Shown here: positions 9,114 to 17,318 of the stretch, piece by piece
How the letters are laid out: every line of letters begins with the position of its first letter
Position numbering within the stretch: position 1 is the stretch's first letter
Assembly: GCA_030765685.1 (NCBI GenBank)
Contig: JAVCCB010000085.1
Coordinates: forward strand, 1 to 63,029
Source of the DNA: Candidatus Tantalella remota
GTDB taxonomy: Bacteria; Omnitrophota; Gorgyraeia; Tantalellales; Tantalellaceae
Length of the DNA stretch: 63,029 bases
Reading direction: 5' to 3'
Position numbers and translations under genes: made by a program
The notes under the pieces: model-generated
The model's database searches: none
What the model saw: only the letters and a program-made list of their open reading frames with translations
Told to the model about the DNA's origin: nothing

Positions 9114-9557
9114 CTAAACGATTTCCGGGACGGATCCGGGACCCTCTTTCTCGAACCCGTTGTTCATGAGGGACGCTATGGTAATACCTTTGAGCTCTCC
9201 AGCCACATATCCTTCCATATGATCAAGTTTTTCTTTAAGATAGCAGGTATTAATATAGGGACAGACCCTGCCCTTAAAAAGATGTTCGGTAAGATGGAAT
9301 GGGCCCTGAAATATAACGACAAGATTGAACACTGTGATATTTTCCGGATCCCTGATCAGTTTGAATCCTCCACCGCGCCCCTTGAAAGACTGAAGTATAC
9401 CTTTTTTATTAAGTATCTGCAGTACCCTTCTTAAGTAAGCTTTAGGCATCTCAAGCTCCTCGGTAAGATCCCGGACAGTGACTATTTTTTCTTTCTTCCC
9501 GGCAATGCACGTCAAAGTCCTTATCGCGTAATCGGTATCTCTTGTTATCATCTTCAT
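9114..9557 (-). CDS. Rrf2 family transcriptional regulator
   Basis: ITRDTDYAIR, GRGGGFKL, and residual CPYINTC cysteines. Confidence 0.92.
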   Translation of the reverse strand: MKMITRDTDYAIRTLTCIAGKKEKIVTVRDLTEELEMPKAYLRRVLQILNKKGILQSFKGRGGGFKLIRDPENITVFNLVVIFQGPFHLTEHLFKGRVCPYINTCYLKEKLDHMEGYVAGELKGITIASLMNNGFEKEGPGSVPEIV

Positions 9558-10186
9558 TTGAATATCACCCCTGTTTCTGCTGACCAGAATAAAAGATCAA
9601 GTTCGACCATTGGTATACCTATTCTGTCTGAAAATCGTCTAAGTCTGCCCTCCAGGCTTAAATACCTTTTTTCCGTCAAAGTCTTCGGTACTTCTTTTAT
9701 GATCCCGAATCTTATCATGTTCTTCAGGATATGAACGTCCAGTATCGCCAGGTCCCTTCCGAAACCTATGTTCCTTAAAAAATGACTGGCTTCTTTAAAC
9801 CCTATCCCCTTCACGTTCCGGACCAGCCAGTGCCTCGTGGCAGGGATATCATCTTCGTCTATCCTGCCTTTTATCCTGATACCGCGTTTTTCGGTAAAAA
9901 GATCGCGCGTTTCAACGATATAGCGAGCCTTATTGTTCGGGAACCGCACGGCTTTGAGGCCTACCCTTATCTGCTCCGCGCTGCCTTTATAAAGAACACC
10001 GCTTTTCACAAGTCCCGCTACGGCTTTATCACACTGGATCGCGCTGGACTGGGGCGTACAGATACAAAAACAAAGCTCACTGAAGATCCTTTTTTCCGAT
10101 TCTCCCCAGACAGCCTCGAACTCTTTAAGCCTCTTTTTTATAGCTCTTTTCTGTCGCTGGTACTCGCCTGCTAATGCCTTTTTCAT
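9554..10186 (-). CDS. ogg: N-glycosylase/DNA lyase (8-oxoguanine, Thermotoga/archaeal Ogg type)
   Basis: ELCFCICTPQS, VRFPNNKA, HhH VKGIGFKEASHFLRNIG, AILDVHIL. Confidence 0.9.
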   Translation of the reverse strand: MKKALAGEYQRQKRAIKKRLKEFEAVWGESEKRIFSELCFCICTPQSSAIQCDKAVAGLVKSGVLYKGSAEQIRVGLKAVRFPNNKARYIVETRDLFTEKRGIRIKGRIDEDDIPATRHWLVRNVKGIGFKEASHFLRNIGFGRDLAILDVHILKNMIRFGIIKEVPKTLTEKRYLSLEGRLRRFSDRIGIPMVELDLLFWSAETGVIFK

Positions 10187-10371
10187 GATACATATTCAAT
10201 AAGCTTCTTCGCGATGCTAATATGCATGATCTCATCATCACGTATATCGGTCAGCTTTTTTCTGATATCCTCATCCTTTACCTGATCAATAAGATGTTCA
10301 TAGAAATGCTTTGCCCGCTCTTCGTAGGTCAGTATCTTCTGAAACTCTTTGAGCAGCATCTCAGTATTCAT
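10183..10371 (-). CDS. Small ferritin-like (two-helix, half-rubrerythrin) protein
   Basis: EERAKHFY...IRDDEIMH diiron-type motifs in 62 aa. Confidence 0.7.
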   Translation of the reverse strand: MNTEMLLKEFQKILTYEERAKHFYEHLIDQVKDEDIRKKLTDIRDDEIMHISIAKKLIEYVS

Positions 10372-10603
10372 TTTTTCCCCCTGCCTCCACCTGGGATATC
10401 ATATTCTCGACAGCTTCTTTATGCCTGGAAGAATCCCGGTACAGTACTGACAAAAGTTTCTTTATATCTTTTCTCTTTGCCTCATCAAGCCCCTCGGTCT
10501 CATCGACCAATGCCTGAGAAAAGTGCGTAAACAGGGTCACCATGCCCTCTTCGACGTATATCAGCTCGTTAAGCGATGCTATAAGTCTTTCTTTTATCAT
10601 CAT
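10361..10603 (-). CDS. Small ferritin-like (two-helix) protein
   Basis: VEEGMVTLF...DSSRH degenerate ferritin-like helix pair, 80 aa, translationally coupled to its neighbours. Confidence 0.6.
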   Translation of the reverse strand: MMIKERLIASLNELIYVEEGMVTLFTHFSQALVDETEGLDEAKRKDIKKLLSVLYRDSSRHKEAVENMISQVEAGGKNEY

Positions 10604-10610
10604 AAAACGG

Positions 10611-11531
10611 TCACCACGTTTCCTTTATCCTGGAAATGTAATTAAAAACTTTGAGGGTCGCTTTCGCCCCCTCGCCAGCGGCTATTATTATCTGTTTTTC
10701 GGGAACATCGGTCACGTCTCCGGCAGCGAACACCCCGGGGATATTGGTCTCATTACAATTATTTACCTTTATCTCCCCGACATCGTTCTTCTCTATATCG
10801 CTTTGAAAAGAGGTATTCGGGACAAGGCCTATCTCGACAAATACGCCCTGAACGGAAAGTTCTTTTTCCTCTCCGTTTTCCAGATATTTTACCCTCTCGA
10901 CAAATTTGTCTCCCTCCACGGACTTAACAACAGAATTATTGATCACCGTTACATTGCCGGCTTTCAGCACTTTCTCGCGCATTATCGGGTCGCCTCCCAG
11001 GGCGGGAATATCGTTTATCATGTAGATCTTCGGAGATATTTTTATAAACTGGAGGACCGCTTCAAGCGCGGAGTTGCCTCCCCCAACGACTACGACGTCC
11101 TTGCCCGCGAAAAGCGGCGCGTCGCAGGTGGCGCAGTAGGCCAGCCCTTTGCCCCTGAATTCTTTTTCTCCGTCAACGCCGAGTTCTCTGGCTTTTTTCC
11201 CGGAAGCTATTATGACTGTTTTTGACAGGTAGGTGTTCTTGCTTGTAGTGGTCTGGATGTTGTTGTCTTTTTTCTCGATAGCCGTCACGGGTTCATTCTC
11301 CCGCACTTCGACTTCATATTTTTTGATATGTTCCTCGAATTTCATCGTGAGCTCTACCCCCGTGACAAACTGGTATCCTGTATAGTTCTCGATGTCCCCG
11401 CTCCATACGGTCTGCCCTCCGATATCCTCGGTAACAACGAGAAAAACCATTTGTTTGCGGGCGGCATACACGCTTGCCGTTATTCCCGCGGGGCCGGCTC
11501 CAACTATTATGAGGTCATATATCTTATCCAT
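10611..11531 (-). CDS. trxB: Thioredoxin reductase / AhpF-like NAD(P)H disulfide reductase
   Basis: GAGPAG, CATC redox motif, GGGNSA, GVFAAGDVT. Confidence 0.9.
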   Translation of the reverse strand: MDKIYDLIIVGAGPAGITASVYAARKQMVFLVVTEDIGGQTVWSGDIENYTGYQFVTGVELTMKFEEHIKKYEVEVRENEPVTAIEKKDNNIQTTTSKNTYLSKTVIIASGKKARELGVDGEKEFRGKGLAYCATCDAPLFAGKDVVVVGGGNSALEAVLQFIKISPKIYMINDIPALGGDPIMREKVLKAGNVTVINNSVVKSVEGDKFVERVKYLENGEEKELSVQGVFVEIGLVPNTSFQSDIEKNDVGEIKVNNCNETNIPGVFAAGDVTDVPEKQIIIAAGEGAKATLKVFNYISRIKETW

Positions 11532-11569
11532 TGGCTTCCTTAAAAAGACAGCTGTATTGAAAGATGCTA

Positions 11570-11809
11570 TTACGAAATACCGAGGGCCTGGGAGATCTTT
11601 TCCTTCTCAAACCCTACTATTATCTCGCCGTCTATATCAATAACAGGTACACCCATCTGGCCCGACTTATCCACCATCTCCTGCACTCTGTTATTATCTT
11701 CGGCAACATCGACGTTCTCGAATTCAATACTGTTCTCGGTCAGATATTCCTTGACCCTTACGCAATACGGACATGTGGGTGTTCCATATACGATGACATT
11801 TTTATCCAT
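11570..11809 (-). CDS. Glutaredoxin-like protein (YruB/NrdH family)
   Basis: CPYC and SGQMGVPVI. Confidence 0.92.
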   Translation of the reverse strand: MDKNVIVYGTPTCPYCVRVKEYLTENSIEFENVDVAEDNNRVQEMVDKSGQMGVPVIDIDGEIIVGFEKEKISQALGIS

Positions 11810-11826
11810 TCATACCCTCCCGGAGT

Positions 11827-12303
11827 TTAAAGTTGACCCGCAAACTCCTCCAGCTTTTGGAGATGTTCCTCCTCCTGCTCAAGGAGCGCGGCTACCAATG
11901 CCTGGCCGGATGCCGGGACCACTTTTTTGATGCCGTCAAAAAACAGAATAGAATCCTTTTCAAATTTTATTCCGATCTCGATAGCTTCCGCGTCGCTTTT
12001 GACACTTTTCCCTATCTCTCTTCCGACATCCGCCTGCGTAAACACATAGCCGCTCGCCAGGGCGTTCATATAGGCGAAGTATTCTTCCGGATAAGCCTCG
12101 GCAGGTTCGTATTTATTCACGGAAGCTAGAAGGTCCAAAAAAACATCTATATGCTTTTCCTCCGCGTCCGCCAGATACCGGAAGATCTCTTTCGCTTTTT
12201 CACTTTTCGAGTTAGCGACGACCTCTTTGTAAAAGTCCCTGCCGTTCTTCTCGATCTGTATACCTATCTCCACTATCTCGCTTCCGGAAAAGATATTACC
12301 CAT
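11827..12303 (-). CDS. Ferritin/rubrerythrin-like diiron protein
   Basis: IEKNGRDFY, AEEKH, FEKDSILFF, QEEEH. Confidence 0.88.
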   Translation of the reverse strand: MGNIFSGSEIVEIGIQIEKNGRDFYKEVVANSKSEKAKEIFRYLADAEEKHIDVFLDLLASVNKYEPAEAYPEEYFAYMNALASGYVFTQADVGREIGKSVKSDAEAIEIGIKFEKDSILFFDGIKKVVPASGQALVAALLEQEEEHLQKLEEFAGQL

Positions 12304-12332
12304 GACCCCTCCTTAAAAGAATCACCTTTTTA

Positions 12333-12908
12333 TTAATAGTTCTCAGCCAGCACTTCATAGTGTGCCTGGGGATGCAGGCACGCGGGGCATACCTCCGGAG
12401 CTTCCGGGCCCTCGTGCACATACCCGCAGTTGCGACAATGCCACTTTACAGGCGCGTCCTTTTTGAAGACCGTACCACCCTTAACATTGACCAGAAGAGC
12501 GCGATACCGCTTTTCATGCTGCTCTTCTACTTCCCCTATCTCCTTGAAAGTGGTTGCCACGTCATCAAGTCCTTCTTCAGCCGCCTTGTTGGCAAAATCT
12601 TTGTATATCATGGTCCATTCCATCTTTTCGCCGTCCGCCGCGGCTTCCAGGTTCTCGGCAGTGGTACCTATTTTTCCGGCAGGATAACCGGCGGTTATTT
12701 CCACTTCGCCTCCTTCGAGGAACTTGAAAAACCTCTTTGCATGCTCTTTTTCGTTCTCGGCCGTCTCCAGAAATATAGCAGCTATCTGCTCGTATCCCGC
12801 TTTTTTGGCGGCACTCGCGAAATACGTATACCTGTTCCTTGCCTGTGATTCTCCCGCGAATGACGCGAGAAGATTTTTTTCAGTCTGTGTTCCTTTTACA
12901 CTTGCCAT
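12333..12908 (-). CDS. rbr: Rubrerythrin
   Basis: FAGESQARNRYTYF, ENEKEHAK, and C-terminal CRNCG...CPAC. Confidence 0.95.
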   Translation of the reverse strand: MASVKGTQTEKNLLASFAGESQARNRYTYFASAAKKAGYEQIAAIFLETAENEKEHAKRFFKFLEGGEVEITAGYPAGKIGTTAENLEAAADGEKMEWTMIYKDFANKAAEEGLDDVATTFKEIGEVEEQHEKRYRALLVNVKGGTVFKKDAPVKWHCRNCGYVHEGPEAPEVCPACLHPQAHYEVLAENY

Positions 12909-12986
12909 CTCTTTCACCTCTTCCTTTATTTTTAATGAAACTAGGGTTTACACGAACACCGTGAGTATAAACCCTATAGTCGAATT

Positions 12987-13062
12987 AACCCCGCCCCTTT
13001 GGCAGTTTCTTTTTCAATAACTTCTTTTTACTCCTTTTTTCCAAATGCCCAAAGGGGCTGGG
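12987..13062. repeat. CCCCGCCCYTTTGGCA inverted-repeat element
   Basis: AACCCCGCCCCTTTGGCAG ... TGCCCAAAGGGGCTGGG; related copy at 15523-15573. Confidence 0.55.
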
Positions 13063-13096
13063 TAAGTGCGGCTTTGTAACTTATGTTCACTTTGTT

Positions 13097-13141
13097 TCCG
13101 CCTTCGCTAAACTATTTAGATAGCATTTAGCTACGGCGGAC
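13097..13141. repeat. TCCGCC...GGCGGA palindromic (REP-like) element with internal hairpin
   Basis: Reverse complement GTCCGCCGTAGC[18 nt]TTTAGCGAAGGCGGA matches 139-165 and 19272-19339. Confidence 0.7.
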
Positions 13142-13164
13142 TTTGCCATAAGTTACAACCTTCC

Positions 13165-13584
13165 TTACGCCTTCCACAACATGTGCACCGTGCAAAACTC
13201 GCGGACTTCCACGATATCATCTTTTGATACGCAGCAGAAATGAGCTTCCGGCGCGTCTCCGGGCTTAAGCTCCGCCCTGAGAACATTATCTTTAGTGAGC
13301 ACCTCAATGAACTTGATATAATGAGCATCTTCCATCGGATGTGCCACACTGCCAACTTTTACTTTTATACATACGTCCTCTTCTCCGCAACAGTCACAGG
13401 AGCTGGTAGCCTTCCCTGTCTCTTCTATCACCGGAACGTGTTTTTCTCCTCCAACATCCTCTGTTTTGGCTTCCATCTTACCCATAGGCTGACCGCAGCA
13501 GACAAGCGCCGGGGCGCCTTCGTTCGCTATTTCAACTATGTTACCGCATATTTCGCATCTGTAAAGTTCTCTTAAAACTGTCAT
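13165..13584 (-). CDS. dfx: Desulfoferrodoxin (superoxide reductase)
   Basis: CEICGN...LVCCG centre I; EKHVP, HPM...H and CTVH centre II. Confidence 0.93.
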   Translation of the reverse strand: MTVLRELYRCEICGNIVEIANEGAPALVCCGQPMGKMEAKTEDVGGEKHVPVIEETGKATSSCDCCGEEDVCIKVKVGSVAHPMEDAHYIKFIEVLTKDNVLRAELKPGDAPEAHFCCVSKDDIVEVREFCTVHMLWKA

Positions 13585-14747
13585 GAGATTGCCTCCTTAA
13601 CTTTCTCTTTTACACTTTCAAGCACACTTGTTGACGGTACATATTCGGCCTTTATCGGCTCGGCCACATCAAATCCGCAGCTTTTAAGTATTTCGTCTAT
13701 CTGTCCGATACTCTGCCCGCCCCATCCATACGATCCGAAAGCGAGAGCCTTTCTGTTCTTCGGCGCCAGACCTTTCATATATGTCAGAAAGGCAGCAACT
13801 GTCGGCAGCATCCCGTTATTTAACGTGGGCGATCCTACAAAGATATACTCGGCGGTCAAAAGCTGTGTCATTACGTCCGAGATATGCGTCGTCTGCAGAT
13901 GCGCCATTTGTACTTCGATGTTTTTTTCCTCAAACGCGTTCTCTATGGACTTCGCGATCTTTTCCGTCGACCCCCACATGGTATCGTATACAATGACCGC
14001 CTTGTGGTCCTGTTCGTTTGCAGACCATTTTTTGTACAGTTCTATAATCTCCGGTATGTGCTTACGCCAGATAAGACCGTGACTCGGGCCTATCATGTCT
14101 ATATCAAGTCCCGCGACCGCGGCCAGAGCTTTCTGAACCTGATTACCATACGGCAAAACTATGTTTGCGTAATATTTAGCCGCCTCTTCCTGGAGGATGT
14201 CCCAACCGAACTCATCATCGAACCTCTCGGACGAGGCTATGTGCTGGCCAAAAGCGTCATTCGGAAGAAGCAGTTTGTCTTCCGGAACATATGTCGCCAT
14301 GGAATCCGGCCAGTGGACCATCTGGGTAAGAACGAACCGGAGGATCCTCTTACCTATCGTGACTTCATCGCCGGTATTCACAACCTGGATGTTCCAGCCG
14401 TCGGTGTCATAATGTTTTTTAAGACCTTTTTCTCCGTTGGGAGAAGTCAACACGGTAGCGTTGGGGCAATGTTTAAGTATTTCCGGCAATGCCCCGGAAT
14501 GATCCATCTCAACATGATTACATACCACGTAGTCTATCGTTGACGGGTCTATTACACATTTTATCCTTTCAAGCATTTCCTCGAACAGGTAATGCTTGAC
14601 CGTGTCTACAAGGACTACTTTCTCGTCAACAATGAGGTAAGAATTGTAGGTGGATCCTCTCTGGGTGAGGTAGCCGTGGAAATTTCTGAGATCCCAGTCT
14701 ACACCACCCACCCAGTGGATATCTTTTTTTATCTCGATTGGTTTCAT
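13581..14747 (-). CDS. fprA: Flavodiiron protein (O2/NO reductase)
   Basis: HVEMDHSG, HWPDS, NDAFGQH, and flavodoxin domain YDTMWGST...FGSYGWGG. Confidence 0.95.
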   Translation of the reverse strand: MKPIEIKKDIHWVGGVDWDLRNFHGYLTQRGSTYNSYLIVDEKVVLVDTVKHYLFEEMLERIKCVIDPSTIDYVVCNHVEMDHSGALPEILKHCPNATVLTSPNGEKGLKKHYDTDGWNIQVVNTGDEVTIGKRILRFVLTQMVHWPDSMATYVPEDKLLLPNDAFGQHIASSERFDDEFGWDILQEEAAKYYANIVLPYGNQVQKALAAVAGLDIDMIGPSHGLIWRKHIPEIIELYKKWSANEQDHKAVIVYDTMWGSTEKIAKSIENAFEEKNIEVQMAHLQTTHISDVMTQLLTAEYIFVGSPTLNNGMLPTVAAFLTYMKGLAPKNRKALAFGSYGWGGQSIGQIDEILKSCGFDVAEPIKAEYVPSTSVLESVKEKVKEAIS

Positions 14748-14759
14748 GGCAGTTTCAGA

Positions 14760-15276
14760 TCACGCGCCTTCGGCGGCGGGCGGAGTAAACACCCTCTTCC
14801 CGAGTTCCGAATCGATCATGTAAAGACCGTTGCCCGCGCTACCCATAAGCTTCATCTTCTGGAGTATGTCAGAGGCATTAGACTCTTCTTCCACCTGTTC
14901 GGTAACGAACCACTGCAGGAATATCTCCGTGGCGTGGTCCTTTTTCCTCTTTCGCGATATCCACCAGATTATTGATGAGGCCGGTGACTATCTTCTCATG
15001 CTCCAGCGTTTTCTTGAACAGATCCTGCGCGGACAAAAAATCCTGCGGCGGCTGCTCTATATCCAAAAGCATCACTCTTCCGCCCTGCTGGTTCACATAA
15101 TCATACATCTTTTGAGCGTGGCTCAGCTCTTCCTGTACCTGTATTCCGAACCAGTTAGCTATCCCGCTCAGCCCCTCGGACGTCGCGTAGCTGCCCATGC
15201 CGAGATAAAGGTATGATGAATATATCTCCCTGTTTATCTGGGCGTTTATCGCGTTTATCATCTTATCGCTTAACAT
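14760..15276 (-). pseudogene. ftnA: Non-heme ferritin interrupted by a +1 frameshift
   Basis: MLSDKM...QINREIYSSYLY...EEK, then the other frame continues [19 protein letters not shown]...TPPAAEGA*. Shift is in the A5 run at 14941-14945. Confidence 0.85.
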
Positions 15277-15286
15277 CGTTTTCTCC

Positions 15287-15424
15287 CTAAACTTGTTCAA
15301 ACTGATCTTTTCCAACGCCGCATTCGGGACATACCCAATCTTCGGCGAGATCCGCGAACGCCACATTACCGTTCTCTGCCGGATCGTAAATATACCCGCA
15401 AACCAAACATCTGTACTTTTCCAT
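15287..15424 (-). CDS. Rubredoxin (short, 45 aa; not in ORF track)
   Basis: [45 protein letters not shown] with an AGGAGG RBS. Confidence 0.95.
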   Translation of the reverse strand: MEKYRCLVCGYIYDPAENGNVAFADLAEDWVCPECGVGKDQFEQV

Positions 15425-15522
15425 GATTTCCTCCTTTCAGCTAGGTGTTAGCATCTATATTATAGAAATAATATTGCCCTGGTGTCAATTTATAAGATAA
15501 CTTTACACACCCTCTAAAAAAT

Positions 15523-15573
15523 AACCCCGCCTTTTTGGCGGGGTCATTAATCCGCTCTGCCAAAAGGGCGGGG
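15523..15573. repeat. CCCCGCC...GGCGGGG palindromic element
   Basis: AACCCCGCCTTTTTGGCGGGGT followed by CTGCCAAAAGGGCGGGG. Confidence 0.55.
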
Positions 15574-15741
15574 CTATTCAGTATTAGCTCAGACAGTTTT
15601 ACGTCATGCCAGGGACCATGTACTGCAGCCTTCTTTGCAATGCGACACTGGGCGCAGCATAAATTTCACTGTAATAGCCATTAGCGTCTCCTCCCTGTTT
15701 AGATGTTATAAAGTTCTACTGGCATAGCTTACCCTATGTTT

Positions 15742-15912
15742 TTAGCAAGAATAAGTTTTCCCAGTAGAGTGTGACACTTTTTCCCCTTCATTCACATTGT
15801 ATTGCTTCCTGTCCCCGAACTCTTCCCTTTTACCTTTGTTCCAGGACTGGACCGGACGAAAAAAACCCGTTACTCTTGAAAAAACTTCGACTTCGCACTT
15901 TCTTTCTTCCAT
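15742..15912 (-). CDS. Stand-alone NrdD C-terminal-like small protein
   Basis: CEVEVFSRVTGFFRPVQSWNKGKREEFGDRK. Confidence 0.85.
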   Translation of the reverse strand: MEERKCEVEVFSRVTGFFRPVQSWNKGKREEFGDRKQYNVNEGEKVSHSTGKTYSC

Positions 15913-15940
15913 ATCCCCCCCCATTTTTAATAAAACATTA

Positions 15941-16267
15941 CTACTCTGCTGTCTTTATCATGACCAGCATCATCTTGAACTTCTCCTGCGCTTTTAAAGA
16001 ATGCGGCTCATTAGCCGGCATGATTATCATCTCACCGCTTTTTACCGTCTGAGGTTTCCCGGAGATCGTGACCTCTGCCTCGCCATCGACCACATTGACC
16101 AAAGCATCAAAAGGAGCCGTATGCTCGCTCAGCCCCTGTCCCTTGTCAAAAGCGAACAATGTGACCGTGCCTATCCCCTTATCAATAACCGTCTTTGATA
16201 CCACCGATCCGTCCTGATACTCGAGAAGGCCTGCCACGTTTAAAGTTTTTCCTGAAAGATCAGACAT
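15941..16267 (-). CDS. Cupin domain protein
   Basis: FAFDKGQGLSEHTAPFDA...MPANEPHSL. Confidence 0.92.
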   Translation of the reverse strand: MSDLSGKTLNVAGLLEYQDGSVVSKTVIDKGIGTVTLFAFDKGQGLSEHTAPFDALVNVVDGEAEVTISGKPQTVKSGEMIIMPANEPHSLKAQEKFKMMLVMIKTAE

Positions 16268-16283
16268 GTTTTTCGCCCCTTTA

Positions 16284-17147
16284 TTATTTTACCTGTACCC
16301 ATTCTTCCTTAAGTATGTCGCCCTTGATGCCCACTTGTATATGTTTTATCGGCACCGACCGTTCGGCTTTCTGCGCTGCCTGTTTAACGAGCACTAAAAG
16401 CCCCGAACAACAAGGCACTTCCATGGTCATCACCGTCAGGGTATTTACCTGGGCCTGGTCTATCATGGCTATTATCTTATCGAGATATATATTCTGGTCT
16501 GTATCAAGCTTCGGGCACGCTATCGCCAGACTTTTCCCTTCAAGAAAATCCTTATGGAAATCCGCCAGAGAATATGCCACACAGTCCGCGGCGATCACCA
16601 CGTCTTTACCCTGATAATAGGGTGCGGTCGGCGGTATCAGATGAAGCTGGACAGGCCACTGCCTGAGCTGTGACACTCTCTGACCATCTTCTTCAGCCAT
16701 AGCCACGGGTGCTGGAAAATCCATGACCTTTGACCCCGGACATCCTGAAAATTGTTTAGTATCCATCCCTTTATTTCCTGTGACCTCGTCAACAAGATCG
16801 GTTTCTATATCTTTTTTTCTTAAGACCTCTATTGCCTGTTTGAGAAATTCTTTTTCTCCGTGTTCCTTAAGGTGTTCCAGATGGGCTTTAATGGTATTCC
16901 TGCCCTGCTTTACTATATTCACCATTACTTTTTTTTCGTCGTACGCTTCAGTTTCTCTTTCCTCTATGGTTATCGCCCCTTCGGGACAATTCCCTATACA
17001 GGCTCCGAGACCGTCACAAAAAAGATCGCTTATGAGGCGCGCTTTGCCGTCTATCATCCGCAAAGCCCCCTCCGGACAGTTCGGTATACATTTCCCGCAA
17101 CCGTTACATTTCGCTTCGTCGATATTTATTATTTTTCTTTTAGCCAC
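16284..17147 (-). CDS. 4Fe-4S ferredoxin-domain protein typically linked to hcp
   Basis: CNGCGKCIPNCPEGA, CDGLGACIGNCP, GCPGS, QWPVQLHL, ACPKLD, MEVPCC. Confidence 0.88.
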   Translation of the reverse strand: MAKRKIINIDEAKCNGCGKCIPNCPEGALRMIDGKARLISDLFCDGLGACIGNCPEGAITIEERETEAYDEKKVMVNIVKQGRNTIKAHLEHLKEHGEKEFLKQAIEVLRKKDIETDLVDEVTGNKGMDTKQFSGCPGSKVMDFPAPVAMAEEDGQRVSQLRQWPVQLHLIPPTAPYYQGKDVVIAADCVAYSLADFHKDFLEGKSLAIACPKLDTDQNIYLDKIIAMIDQAQVNTLTVMTMEVPCCSGLLVLVKQAAQKAERSVPIKHIQVGIKGDILKEEWVQVK

Positions 17148-17256
17148 TTTACTCCTCTTTAAACTTCAACCACTCTTACCACTTGAGAAGTATATTACAA
17201 CAGTGGCTATACATTTTTTCATAACCATTCACTTTAAGTTTTACTTCCATACTTAA

Positions 17257-17284
17257 ATGATACCATATAAGTATCATTAGTCAA
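17257..17284 (-). promoter_or_regulatory. Promoter with overlapping palindromic operator, site 1
   Basis: Plus strand ATGATAC-CATATAA-GTATCAT-T-AGTCAA; minus strand TTGACT-16-TGn-TATCAT. Confidence 0.7.
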
Positions 17285-17318
17285 GCAAATGTATGCTATT
17301 TTTTCGAATAAAGGTCCC

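Noticed and set aside
14764-14785. CGCCTTCGGCGGCGGGCGG resembling the CCGCC/GGCGG palindrome
   Set aside because: Explained as ferritin C-terminal codons (PPAAEGA).
14878-15366. 162-aa ORF as given in the track
   Set aside because: The N-terminal extension overlaps the rubredoxin gene and the C-terminus is out of frame. It is really the frameshifted ferritin.
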